Positions 8,571 to 17,161 of a stretch of DNA of 64,000 nt are shown in pieces. How positions within the stretch are numbered: position 1 is the first letter of the stretch; every line of letters starts with the position of its first letter. The notes beneath the pieces are model-generated. The model did no database searches and was not told the DNA's origin. It saw only the letters and a list, made by a program, of their open reading frames with translations. The position numbers and the translations under genes are program-made. This DNA is from an uncultured Phycisphaerales bacterium (lineage in GTDB: Bacteria; Planctomycetota; Phycisphaerae; Sedimentisphaerales; Anaerobacaceae). Where the stretch lies: contig OY970359.1 of the NCBI GenBank assembly GCA_963718665.1, positions 1,152,001 through 1,216,000 on the forward strand. Reading direction: 5' to 3'.

Positions 8571-10406
8571 CTAATCCAGCTTAAATTGAGCCATATACTC
8601 ATCGACATGGTGCTGTTCAGCCTGTGGTTGTTCGTTTTTGAACAGCAACTGATTCTGCATTACCAGCACGTCCATATCTGTCGCCATAAAGCACCTATAG
8701 GCGTGCTCAGGAGAACAGACGATAGGCTCGCCCCGAATATTGAAACTCGTATTGATAATAACAGGACAACCCGTCTTTTCTTTGAATCGGCTTATCAGGC
8801 GATGAAGCTTGGGATGACGCTGACTGTCAACTGTCTGTATTCTGGCTGAGTAATCTACGTGCGTAATGGCCGGCACAACACTTCGTTTGGCTTTCAGCTT
8901 ATCAAGTCCCCGGAGCGAGTTGTTCGACACATTATCAGGCAGGCGTTTATCCTCTTTCACATCCGCCACCAGAAGCATATATGGGCTGTCTTCTTCCTGT
9001 CTCATCTTGAAATAATTGCTAACGTCTTCTCTCAGAATGCATGGGGCAAAAGGCCGAAATGACTCACGAAACTTGATTTTGAGGTTCATTTTGGACTGCA
9101 TCTGCTCGCTTCGAGCGTCCCCGATTATACTGCGATTGCCCAGGGCTCGCGGCCCGAATTCCATTCTGTCCTGAAACCATCCAATGACTTTGCCCTGGCT
9201 TATCAGGTCTGTGACTTTGTCAACCAACTGCTCAAAATCGCCATTAGTGTGGTATTTTGCGCCGATGGAATCCAGAAACTGCCGAATTTGCTTATCGCTA
9301 TAAGCGGGCCCGAGCAGAGAGCCCTTCTGCTCGTCCGTCGGCTCCGTTTTTCGCTGGTTTCCTAACAGCTGGAACCATACCAGCAACGCCGCTCCAATCG
9401 CTCCGCCGGCGTCGCCCGCAGCCGGCTGAATCCAGATGTGCTCGAAAGGCCCTTCTCGCAATATTTTGCCGTTGCCGACGCAGTTGAGCGCGACACCGCC
9501 GGCCAGGACAAGATTCTTCATTCCTGTCTGTTTATGCAAATGCCGCGCGGCACGCAGCATTACCTCTTCGCATACCATCTGTATCGAAGCGGCCATATCC
9601 ATCTCTCGTTGTGTCAAAGGCGATTCGGGTTTGCGGGCAGGCCCGCCAAAGAGCTTCTCAAATTTTCTGCCCGTCATCACTGTCTTGTGGCAGTATGGGA
9701 AATATGACATATTCAGCCGGAACGACCCGTCCTCTTTTATGTCTATCAACTCTTTCATTATGAGGTCGTAATACTTTGGCTCGCCGTATGGGGCAAGGCC
9801 CATTACCTTGTATTCACCAGAGTTGACCTTAAAGCCGGTGAAGTATGTAAAAGCCGAATAAAGCAGCCCAAGTGAGTGCGGAAATCGAATCTCATGTGTA
9901 AGTTCAATTTTATTGCCTTTTCCTATCCCATAGCTTGAAGTGGTCCACTCTCCGACACCGTCGAGCGTAAGAATCGCTGCCTCATCGAAGGGCGATGGAA
10001 AGAAAGCGCTGGCCGCATGTGCCTCGTGATGTTCGGTAAAGAGATACCGCCCTTTATATTTGTGCTTTAGTGCCTTATCCATTTCTCGCGGCAGGTGCAG
10101 TTTGTGCCGAAGCCAGCCCGGGATACCAATCAGAAACTGGCCAAATCCCTGTGGGGCATATGCGATATATGTTTCGAGCAGCCGCTCAAATTTCAGCAGC
10201 GGTTTCTCATAAAAAACGACATAATCGAGCAGTTCGGCATCGATACCACCTGTCTGCAGACAATAATCCACTGAATTTATCGGAAAGCTGTTGTCGTGTT
10301 TTTTTCTGGTGAATCGTTCCTCCTGTGCGGCGGCAATAATCTCACCGTCGCGCACAAGGGCGGCAGCACTATCGTGGTAAAATGCGGATATGCCTAATAT
10401 GTTCAT
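8571..10406 (-). CDS. O-carbamoyltransferase (NodU/CmcH/SxtI family)
   Basis: MNILGISAFYHDSAAAL, AAQEERFTRKKHD, EHHEAHAASAF, GEYKVMGLAPYG, EFGPRALGNRSI, KFRESFRPFAP, NTSFN. Confidence 0.95.
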   Translation of the reverse strand: MNILGISAFYHDSAAALVRDGEIIAAAQEERFTRKKHDNSFPINSVDYCLQTGGIDAELLDYVVFYEKPLLKFERLLETYIAYAPQGFGQFLIGIPGWLRHKLHLPREMDKALKHKYKGRYLFTEHHEAHAASAFFPSPFDEAAILTLDGVGEWTTSSYGIGKGNKIELTHEIRFPHSLGLLYSAFTYFTGFKVNSGEYKVMGLAPYGEPKYYDLIMKELIDIKEDGSFRLNMSYFPYCHKTVMTGRKFEKLFGGPARKPESPLTQREMDMAASIQMVCEEVMLRAARHLHKQTGMKNLVLAGGVALNCVGNGKILREGPFEHIWIQPAAGDAGGAIGAALLVWFQLLGNQRKTEPTDEQKGSLLGPAYSDKQIRQFLDSIGAKYHTNGDFEQLVDKVTDLISQGKVIGWFQDRMEFGPRALGNRSIIGDARSEQMQSKMNLKIKFRESFRPFAPCILREDVSNYFKMRQEEDSPYMLLVADVKEDKRLPDNVSNNSLRGLDKLKAKRSVVPAITHVDYSARIQTVDSQRHPKLHRLISRFKEKTGCPVIINTSFNIRGEPIVCSPEHAYRCFMATDMDVLVMQNQLLFKNEQPQAEQHHVDEYMAQFKLD

Positions 10407-10681
10407 ATTATCCGTTCGAGTAAATTTTTGGCCGACTTTGCCCGATAATCATCAACATTTGAAACGACCAGCCAAAAAAGTGATTATACTAAATAACAAT
10501 CTTGTTAGAAACCCGATTTTCATCCCCAAAACCTTATATTTGACGGTCCAGTCACCCCTGTTAAATCCTTCCAAAAGGCCTTATTTATGCGGAATTTTTT
10601 GTTTAACCGGTCATAGTCAGGTGTCGATAGATAATTTGCTGTAAAAGAGAAGCGATTTTTTTAATAGTCGAGGGTTAAAAA

Positions 10682-11017
10682 ATGGGAATTCAGAACTGGT
10701 CAGAAAATATAATACTCGTTGATTTGCCTGCTGAACCGCTGATGGGCGATGAGCTGAAAACCATCACGGACATTACAAAAGACAGAGACGACTGCGACGT
10801 AGTGATGGATTTCTCCGCCGTTGACATCATAACATCATCGAGTTTGTCTAAGTTTTTGAAGCTGCGAAAAATGCTTATGGACGCGGGCCACGAGCTTGTC
10901 TTTTGTAACGTAGCACCTGCCACAAAAGGCATCTTTTCCGTGACAGGTCTTGAGGGCATCTTCAAGATAGCCGATGACAAGTTTGTAGCGCTGGCAAGTT
11001 TGCAATTAGTCAGATAA
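10682..11017 (+). CDS. STAS-domain protein (anti-sigma factor antagonist)
   Basis: VVMDFSAVDIITSSSL...LVFCNV...IFSVTGL; RBS GAGGG. Confidence 0.85.
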   Translation: MGIQNWSENIILVDLPAEPLMGDELKTITDITKDRDDCDVVMDFSAVDIITSSSLSKFLKLRKMLMDAGHELVFCNVAPATKGIFSVTGLEGIFKIADDKFVALASLQLVR

Positions 11018-11061
11018 TTGAACGACGTAAAATACCGCGTGTTTTAATTGTGCTGCCGGTC

Positions 11062-12228
11062 TCAGATTTTTCCCCGGAGTGATGAAACAGAGCCGCAAAT
11101 TCGGTCTATCGCATAATTGATTTCATTTTCCGTTGTAAAGCGTCCCATGCTAAACCTGACTGCGCCGGCTGCTAAATCCTCACTTACGCTCATTGCTCGA
11201 AGGACGTAATTCGAGCCGGAAGTCCCGGATTCACAGGCCGAGCTGGCCGAGGCGGCAACATCCGGAGTTTTACCGAGTAAAGAAACAGCATCGACACCTT
11301 TAAACGAGATATTCGCGGTGTTGGGCAGGCGTTGTTCGGGATGTCCGTTTATCTGTATATCGGGAATAGCTTTTCTCAGGCCGTTTTCCAGTTTGTCCCG
11401 CAGCGAGGAAGACGCCGATGGTTTATCGCCCAGTTCCTCTTCGCACAATTCACAGGCCCTGCCCAGTCCGACAATTCCGGGGACGTTGAGTGTTCCGCTG
11501 CGGAGGAAATGTTCCTGTCCGCCGCCGTCGATTTGGGCAGCTAAGCGGACGTTGGGACTTTTGCCGCGCACATAAAGAGCGCCGACACCTTTGGGACCAT
11601 AAATTTTGTGCGCTGAAAACGCCAGCAAATCGGCGTTTATCCTATTCACATTCACCGCGAGCTTTCCAACTGCCTGGGTGGCGTCGCAGAAAAAGATTAT
11701 TCCGTGTTTTTTGCAGATTGCACCGATTTCGTCCGCGGGGTTAATCGTTCCGACGACGTTATTGGCGAGCATAACACAGACAAGTATGGTTTTTTTTGTA
11801 ATCGCTTCGGCCACTTGCTCCTGCGAAATACGACCAAAGGAATCGGGACGAAGCACAGTCAGCGAGAAACCCCGCTGTTCGAGCCGTTTGCAGGGTTCGA
11901 GGACGGCTTTGTGTTCGATGGCGGAAACAATAATATGATTGCCCCTTTCGCGATACGCCTCGGCTGCGCCTTTAATCGCGAGATTACAGCCCTCCGTTGC
12001 GCCGGACGTGAAAATAATTTCCCTGGCGGAGGCGCCGATGAGTTTGGCCGTCTGATTACGGGCGGCCTCAACCATATCCAGCGCCTGGCGTCCAAGCGAA
12101 TGGCTTTCGCTGGAAGGATTCCCGAACGCAGAAGTCAGGGCAGGCATCATACTTTCCAGCACGCGCTTATCCAAAGGCGTCGTCGCGTTGTAATCGAGAT
12201 ATATTGGCTTATTTATTTTGGCTTCCAT
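11062..12228 (-). CDS. iscS: Cysteine desulfurase (IscS/NifS class V aminotransferase)
   Basis: YLDYNATTP, FTSGATE, SAHKIYGPKGVGAL (PLP lysine), RSGTLNVPG, SSASAC (catalytic Cys). Confidence 0.9.
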   Translation of the reverse strand: MEAKINKPIYLDYNATTPLDKRVLESMMPALTSAFGNPSSESHSLGRQALDMVEAARNQTAKLIGASAREIIFTSGATEGCNLAIKGAAEAYRERGNHIIVSAIEHKAVLEPCKRLEQRGFSLTVLRPDSFGRISQEQVAEAITKKTILVCVMLANNVVGTINPADEIGAICKKHGIIFFCDATQAVGKLAVNVNRINADLLAFSAHKIYGPKGVGALYVRGKSPNVRLAAQIDGGGQEHFLRSGTLNVPGIVGLGRACELCEEELGDKPSASSSLRDKLENGLRKAIPDIQINGHPEQRLPNTANISFKGVDAVSLLGKTPDVAASASSACESGTSGSNYVLRAMSVSEDLAAGAVRFSMGRFTTENEINYAIDRICGSVSSLRGKI

Positions 12229-12236
12229 CGAGAGTC

Positions 12237-13013
12237 CTATGGCTCAAGAAATTCAAAATTTCTGTGAATACAGCAGGGGCAATCGGCGTTCTTAGTGAGT
12301 TTCGAGACGTCAATCTGTTTGGCGACGTTGTTCCAGATGTCAAAAACAAACAGGCATTGCCCTGCTTTGTCCGAGTTGCCGGAAAGAATTTTTAATGCCT
12401 CCGACGCCTCAACCGCAGCCACCATTGCTACCGCCGGTCCAAGTACGCCGGCCTGTCGGCAGGTCTGACCATCGCAGGCGGGAGGCGAATCGAGCAGACA
12501 TCGCAGGCATGGAGTTTTGCCGGGGATTATAGCCATCACCTGCGATTCTGTGCCGAGGACGCCGGCGAACACCCACGGTTTGGATTTTTTTATCGCGCAG
12601 TCGTTGAGAATGAACCTTGCGGGAAAATTATCCGTGCCGTCGATAATCAAATCGACGTTATTGGTCAGCCGGTCAGCGGTCAGCCGGTCGATTCGAGCAA
12701 AGACCGTCTCAATCTCGCAATTGCTGTTAATTTCCCGCAAGTGATTTGCCGCGGCGTTTATTTTGAGAGTGCGCTGGTTTGCGTCTCTTTCAGTGAAAAG
12801 CGACTGCCTATGAATATTGGTCAGCTCAACATAATCATCGTCAACCAGCCGGAGACGCCCGACGCCTGCGCGAACGAGCAGTTCCGCGACCCACGAACCA
12901 AGACCACCGACGCCGACAATGAGGGCGCTGCTGTCGGCGAGTCGACGCTGGCCTTGCTCGCCGAAGGGCTTGAAGATAATTTGCCTTGCGTACCGTAAGA
13001 GGTCCTGATTCAT
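12237..13013 (-). CDS. ThiF/MoeB family adenylyltransferase without a rhodanese domain
   Basis: RYARQI, GVGGLG, TNIHRQ, DGTDNF, PCLRC...CPCC zinc sites, CRQAGVLG. Confidence 0.9.
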   Translation of the reverse strand: MNQDLLRYARQIIFKPFGEQGQRRLADSSALIVGVGGLGSWVAELLVRAGVGRLRLVDDDYVELTNIHRQSLFTERDANQRTLKINAAANHLREINSNCEIETVFARIDRLTADRLTNNVDLIIDGTDNFPARFILNDCAIKKSKPWVFAGVLGTESQVMAIIPGKTPCLRCLLDSPPACDGQTCRQAGVLGPAVAMVAAVEASEALKILSGNSDKAGQCLFVFDIWNNVAKQIDVSKLTKNADCPCCIHRNFEFLEP

Positions 13014-13014
13014 T

Positions 13015-14103
13015 TTATAGTGAGCTTGTCGAACTATTGCGTTTTTCTTTTATCCACCCGCCTCCAAGAAGACAATCCCCGGAGTAAACCACAGCCGCCT
13101 GGCCGGGAGTAACCGCCTCCAGAGGTTTTCCAAAGTGAACCTCGAAGGTGTCTTTGCCGGTAATAATAACCTTTGCCGGGGCGCCGCGATGATTATAGCG
13201 GATTTTTACCGCCGCGTCGAATGAGACAGGCACATCAATCTGCCAGTTTGCACCGTCGGCGATCAAACCGCCTGCCAACAGGTCATTTTTTTCACCGATG
13301 GTTACGTCGGCTGTTTGCGGATTTATATCGGTAACATATACCGGATGCCCCGCCGCGACACCGGTGCCGCGGCGCTGGCCGATAGTGAACCTGCCGTAGC
13401 CATCGTGCTTGCCGACGATTTTGCCGGATGTATCTATGATATTTCCCGCCCGAAGCGCCGAGCTATTGTGCTTTTCAAGCAATTTCGCGTAGTCGCCATC
13501 CGGGACAAAACAAATATCCTGGCTGTCAGGTTTGTCGTGGACTTCCAGCTCCAGCTCTTTGGCAATATCCCTTACGGCCTGCTTGTTTTTCAGCTCGCCG
13601 AGGGGGAAAATAATCCTGTCTAATTTTTCGCGAGGTATGCTGAATAAAACGTATGACTGGTCCTTGCCCGGCGCGAGAGCTGGTGCGATAGCCGGGCATC
13701 CATTATGATTCACAATTCTCGCATAGTGCCCTGTCGCCACGTATTGCACGCCTAAGGAGTCCGCCAGCTCGAAGAGTTTCCCGAACTTTATTTTTTCATT
13801 GCACCGGACACAGGGATTTGGTGTTCGGCCATTTTCGTAATCGTCGATAAAGCTTTTGATTATGACTTCAAAATCTTTTGTAGCAGACAGGGAAATGAAC
13901 TTCACGCCGAGCTTTGCGGCAATTCGCCTGGCGTCGGCGGCATCCTGGGGAGTGCAGCAGGAGCGTGAGTTGCTTTCGGCAGCGCGTTCCATTTGTAAAC
14001 AAAGGAATACGGCTGTAACGTCGAACCCGTCTTTAAGCAGCAATGTTGCGGCAACCGCTGAATCAACACCACCGCTAACAGCCACCAGCACTTTTTTTTG
14101 CAT
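13015..14103 (-). CDS. mnmA: tRNA 2-thiouridine(34) synthase MnmA (CxxC+C type)
   Basis: PP-loop SGGVDS, GRTPNPCVRCN, ATGHYAR, KDQSY, DSQDICF, TIGQRRG, VTPGQ; ATG 14103 preferred as start. Confidence 0.95.
   Translation of the reverse strand: MQKKVLVAVSGGVDSAVAATLLLKDGFDVTAVFLCLQMERAAESNSRSCCTPQDAADARRIAAKLGVKFISLSATKDFEVIIKSFIDDYENGRTPNPCVRCNEKIKFGKLFELADSLGVQYVATGHYARIVNHNGCPAIAPALAPGKDQSYVLFSIPREKLDRIIFPLGELKNKQAVRDIAKELELEVHDKPDSQDICFVPDGDYAKLLEKHNSSALRAGNIIDTSGKIVGKHDGYGRFTIGQRRGTGVAAGHPVYVTDINPQTADVTIGEKNDLLAGGLIADGANWQIDVPVSFDAAVKIRYNHRGAPAKVIITGKDTFEVHFGKPLEAVTPGQAAVVYSGDCLLGGGWIKEKRNSSTSSL
13018..13036. repeat. REP-like element (TAGTGAGCTTGTCGAACTA) forming the last codons of mnmA
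   Basis: Shares the core TGA(G/A)CTTGTCGAA with 767-791; encodes SSTSSL immediately before the stop. Confidence 0.5.
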
Positions 14104-14249
14104 ATCAGCACTTTGTATCCAGTCGAACAACAGGTCGCGCGGGGATGACCCGCTAATGTCGGGCCTGTTTTACAATGATTTTAGCTTACGCGGGCCGGTT
14201 TTCGAGGATTTTCTGGGTTATCCCGCAGGCAAGGGGCGATGATATGCGC

Positions 14250-14297
14250 AAAAAAAAGACAACCTGAAACCCCGAAAAGGCGGGAATACCGGTTGTC
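14250..14297 (-). terminator. Probable terminator downstream of 14338-14700
   Basis: GACAACC/GGTTGTC stem (14258-14264/14291-14297) with an inner hairpin, and an A8 run at 14250-14257. Confidence 0.5.
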
Positions 14298-14337
14298 AAT
14301 CAACTCGGCCTTGGCCGAGGCGAATTACATCAGCAAG

Positions 14338-14700
14338 TCAGGCGGAGGAATCTTTTTCTTTGCCTTTGCTTGTTTTCCACCAATCGGGTTTGGCCGGCTC
14401 CTGCACGCCCTGCTCCCACCGCTCGCCCTGTTTGTCAAACTGGACCTTGTCAGCCTTTATATTCAGCACCTTGACGTCGTGAATCATATCCCCCTTGTGA
14501 AGCGTCCGGGCTTCAATAATAACGATTGGGGAATCCTCACAATACAGGATAGCGGTTACGACGCCGAACCTTGGCTCGGGACGTCCGGCCACCACCTCTT
14601 TTTTGCCGTCTTTCGACGCCTGCGTGGCGACTTTCCAGCCGAGCATTCCACAGACGGCGATTGCCGCCAACACAAGCCATTTTAATGTACTTTTGTCCAT
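14338..14700 (-). CDS. Single-TM hypothetical protein with a small beta domain (GspB/GspC-like)
   Basis: N-terminal TM then VTAILY..DSPIVIIE..LHKGDMIHDVKVLNIKADKVQF, resembling T2SS/T4P accessory domains. Confidence 0.55.
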   Translation of the reverse strand: MDKSTLKWLVLAAIAVCGMLGWKVATQASKDGKKEVVAGRPEPRFGVVTAILYCEDSPIVIIEARTLHKGDMIHDVKVLNIKADKVQFDKQGERWEQGVQEPAKPDWWKTSKGKEKDSSA

Positions 14701-14986
14701 AAGATTCAGGCAGACCCTCAAGGCCTGTGCCTCTCCTATAAAATTCCGCCTCCAAACACACCGCTATTAACCCATCGGCATTGTTTATCTCTCGCCCTTA
14801 AAATTCGTTTTCAGACGTAAGTTTTATTTGTACCCAAGTTTTCAACGTCCGAAAAAACTATCTCTGAAAGAGTACAAATTCAGCGAGATCCCTCCAACTT
14901 ATAATATACAACTCGTCCGCCCAAGCGCTGAAGACGAGAGGTAAATAATGTGTAAAATTTGGTTTCGGGCGTTTCGGCGTGCGAAA

Positions 14987-15634
14987 TCAGCCGGCGTGAC
15001 GTGTAGCCGATTCGGCCTGTTCCTGGTTTTCGGGCGAGGCGAAGGGGGTTTCCGCGGCATTCTGGGGTTGGTCGGCAGTCCCGCTGCGGCCCGGGTTATT
15101 GGTTGTTTCTGGGTCCCCCGCAGCGCCTCCGCCGGGACGAGTCCGGCCGGCCAATTCCGCCATCGCCTCGCAGCGGATAATCTTGCCGTAGAACCCACCC
15201 TCGTCCAGAGTGTAAACCTTCAGGGCGGTGCTGGCAATCGCCCAAAGCTCGCCCCTGCGGCCAAGCTCGGTGAAACACAGGCGGCGCATTTCGATATCCC
15301 TCTGGTCAGGCGAATTGGTTTGCTCAACGACGCCTGTTAAAAAGTTTCTGGCTAAAAGCTCCATCCCGCCGGAAAGGTCTCTTTGACGCGGTTTGATTTC
15401 ACTAACCGCAGGTCTTTCGGGGGAAGTATTTCCTGTTGCACGCGGTTTCGGCGGAGCGATGATGGTCTCAATTGTTTCGTCGTGTGTCTGTCGCTCAATG
15501 CGTTTGACGCGGGATTTGACCAAGATGTAGATGCCCACACCGGCGGCCAGCATTACCATCATCAGCAGTTGAATCCAAAACGTCCCCTCGTCCTCAACCG
15601 CCCCCATAACAATAACGGCAAGAAGCAATCTCAC
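14987..15634 (-). CDS. Membrane-anchored hypothetical protein, paralogue of 15660-16043
   Basis: GTG start with GAGG RBS; TM FWIQLLMMVMLAAGVGIYILV; shares an 81-aa domain with its neighbour. Confidence 0.75.
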   Translation of the reverse strand: MRLLLAVIVMGAVEDEGTFWIQLLMMVMLAAGVGIYILVKSRVKRIERQTHDETIETIIAPPKPRATGNTSPERPAVSEIKPRQRDLSGGMELLARNFLTGVVEQTNSPDQRDIEMRRLCFTELGRRGELWAIASTALKVYTLDEGGFYGKIIRCEAMAELAGRTRPGGGAAGDPETTNNPGRSGTADQPQNAAETPFASPENQEQAESATRHAG

Positions 15635-15659
15635 AATACCTCACACGTCGAAAAGCCGA

Positions 15660-16043
15660 TTAGCTTTTTTGTTCGGTTCTGCGGGTAAGCTCTTTCATCG
15701 CCGCGCACTGAATGTCTTTGCCGTAGAGATCTTTTTCATCGACAGCGTAAACACTCAGCGAGGAGCTGTCAATTTCGCTTTGCTGATTGCGGCGGAGCAC
15801 CTCGTTGAAGCTGAGCCGGCGCATCGCGACGTCGTTTTTGTCTTCGCCGTCGGTGTTTTCGATTACTCCCAGCAGGAAGTCCATTTCGAGCAAATCCATA
15901 CCGCCCGCCAGGTTCCGTGCGTTCCTTGTCTTTTTTTCCATCGTCACTTCTCCTGTGGTTTCTTCCGCCTGGCCCAGTTCGACAATCCTTGTCCCTGTGC
16001 TTTTGCGGACTTCAAATTTTCTGTCTCCGATACCAAACGCCAT
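15660..16043 (-). CDS. Soluble hypothetical protein, paralogue of 14987-15634
   Basis: ATG 16043 preceded by GGAGGA; shares an 81-aa domain (41/81 identical by hand alignment). Confidence 0.75.
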   Translation of the reverse strand: MAFGIGDRKFEVRKSTGTRIVELGQAEETTGEVTMEKKTRNARNLAGGMDLLEMDFLLGVIENTDGEDKNDVAMRRLSFNEVLRRNQQSEIDSSSLSVYAVDEKDLYGKDIQCAAMKELTRRTEQKS

Positions 16044-16168
16044 CGTCGTATCCTCCATTACACTGACTTTAATAATGACTACACTGGTTTTCTACACCCG
16101 GATTATACACCTGCGCCGGCAATCATACCAAACAAAATTCCAAATCTGCCGGTTTCTGGCGGGATCAT

Positions 16169-16197
16169 TTGCGTTGAGGAAAGAATTCTGGTATCTT
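16169..16197 (+). promoter_or_regulatory. Sigma70 promoter candidate implying a leaderless ABC-ATPase mRNA
   Basis: TTGCGT-17 nt-(TGG)TATCTT; ATG 16205 lies 7 nt after the -10 box. Confidence 0.45.
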
Positions 16198-16204
16198 GAC
16201 GACA

Positions 16205-17161
16205 ATGGATGCGTTGGAACTAAATGGTGTGTGCAAAACGTTCGGGCAGGTTCGCGCGGTCGATAATCTGACGGCGAAGATTCCTGCCGGGAGCATTTAT
16301 GGTTTTCTTGGGCCTAACGGCGCGGGCAAGACCACGACTTTGCGGATGATTATGAACATTATCCGCCCGGACGCAGGCAGCATAAGCGTATTCGGCAACA
16401 ATTTGACCGAACAGGCCAAGAGTCATATCGGTTATATGCCCGAAGAAAGAGGCCTTTATCGAAAGATGACGGTCCGCGGGATACTCGCCTTCTTCGGCGC
16501 TCTCAAGGGATTGACTTCGAGCGAACTGGCCGGCGTTGTTCCCTCGTGGCTGAAACGAATAGAATTGAGCGACCGGGCGAACAAAAAAGTCGAGGACCTC
16601 TCGCGGGGTATGCATCAAAAGCTGCAATTCGCGGCGACGATAATCAATGAGCCGGATTTGCTGATACTCGACGAGCCGTTTTCAGGGCTTGACCCGCTGA
16701 ACCTGGATTTGATCAAGGGCATTATCCTTGATATGAAAGATAAAGGCAAAACCGTCATTTTTTCCACTCACGATATGCACGGGGCGGAGACGCTTTGTGA
16801 TTATATTCTGCTCATAAACAAGGGCAAAATTATACTCGACGGCAAGCTGGGCGATATCCGTTCGCAAAAGACGTCCAACGCGGTTATTGTCGAGGTTGAG
16901 GGAGACCCGGCTTCGCCTGTACAGCATCCCTTAGGGGAGAAGGGCTTCGCCGAGGCGAGTACAAGCTTTTTAAAAACACTTCCAATGGTAACGAATATCA
17001 TGCAGCAAAAAGATACGCTGGAAATCACTCTTGAGAAAGGGACCGACCCGCAGGAGCTGCTCAAGGCGATTGTGGGGAAGGTGCGCGTGCGGAAGTTCGA
17101 GGTGAAGATGCCTTCGCTGCACGAGATTTTTGTTACGCTTGTCGGAGCAAGCAATGCGTAA
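16205..17161 (+). CDS. ABC-2 type transporter ATP-binding protein (NatA-like)
   Basis: GPNGAGKTT, LSRGMHQKL, LILDEPFSGLDP, C-terminal PSLHEIF. Confidence 0.92.
   Translation: MDALELNGVCKTFGQVRAVDNLTAKIPAGSIYGFLGPNGAGKTTTLRMIMNIIRPDAGSISVFGNNLTEQAKSHIGYMPEERGLYRKMTVRGILAFFGALKGLTSSELAGVVPSWLKRIELSDRANKKVEDLSRGMHQKLQFAATIINEPDLLILDEPFSGLDPLNLDLIKGIILDMKDKGKTVIFSTHDMHGAETLCDYILLINKGKIILDGKLGDIRSQKTSNAVIVEVEGDPASPVQHPLGEKGFAEASTSFLKTLPMVTNIMQQKDTLEITLEKGTDPQELLKAIVGKVRVRKFEVKMPSLHEIFVTLVGASNA
16907..16960 (+). repeat. 54-nt palindromic element inserted in frame in the ABC ATPase gene
   Basis: CCGGCTTCGCC...GGCTTCGCCGAGGCGAGT with GGCTTCGCC duplicated; adds PASPVQHPLGEKGFAEAS between VEGD and TSFL. 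Confidence 0.55.

Noticed and set aside
7910..10406. Saxitoxin biosynthesis
   Set aside because: Only the widespread sxtI/J/K-like accessory families are present; no sxtA/sxtG-like core genes
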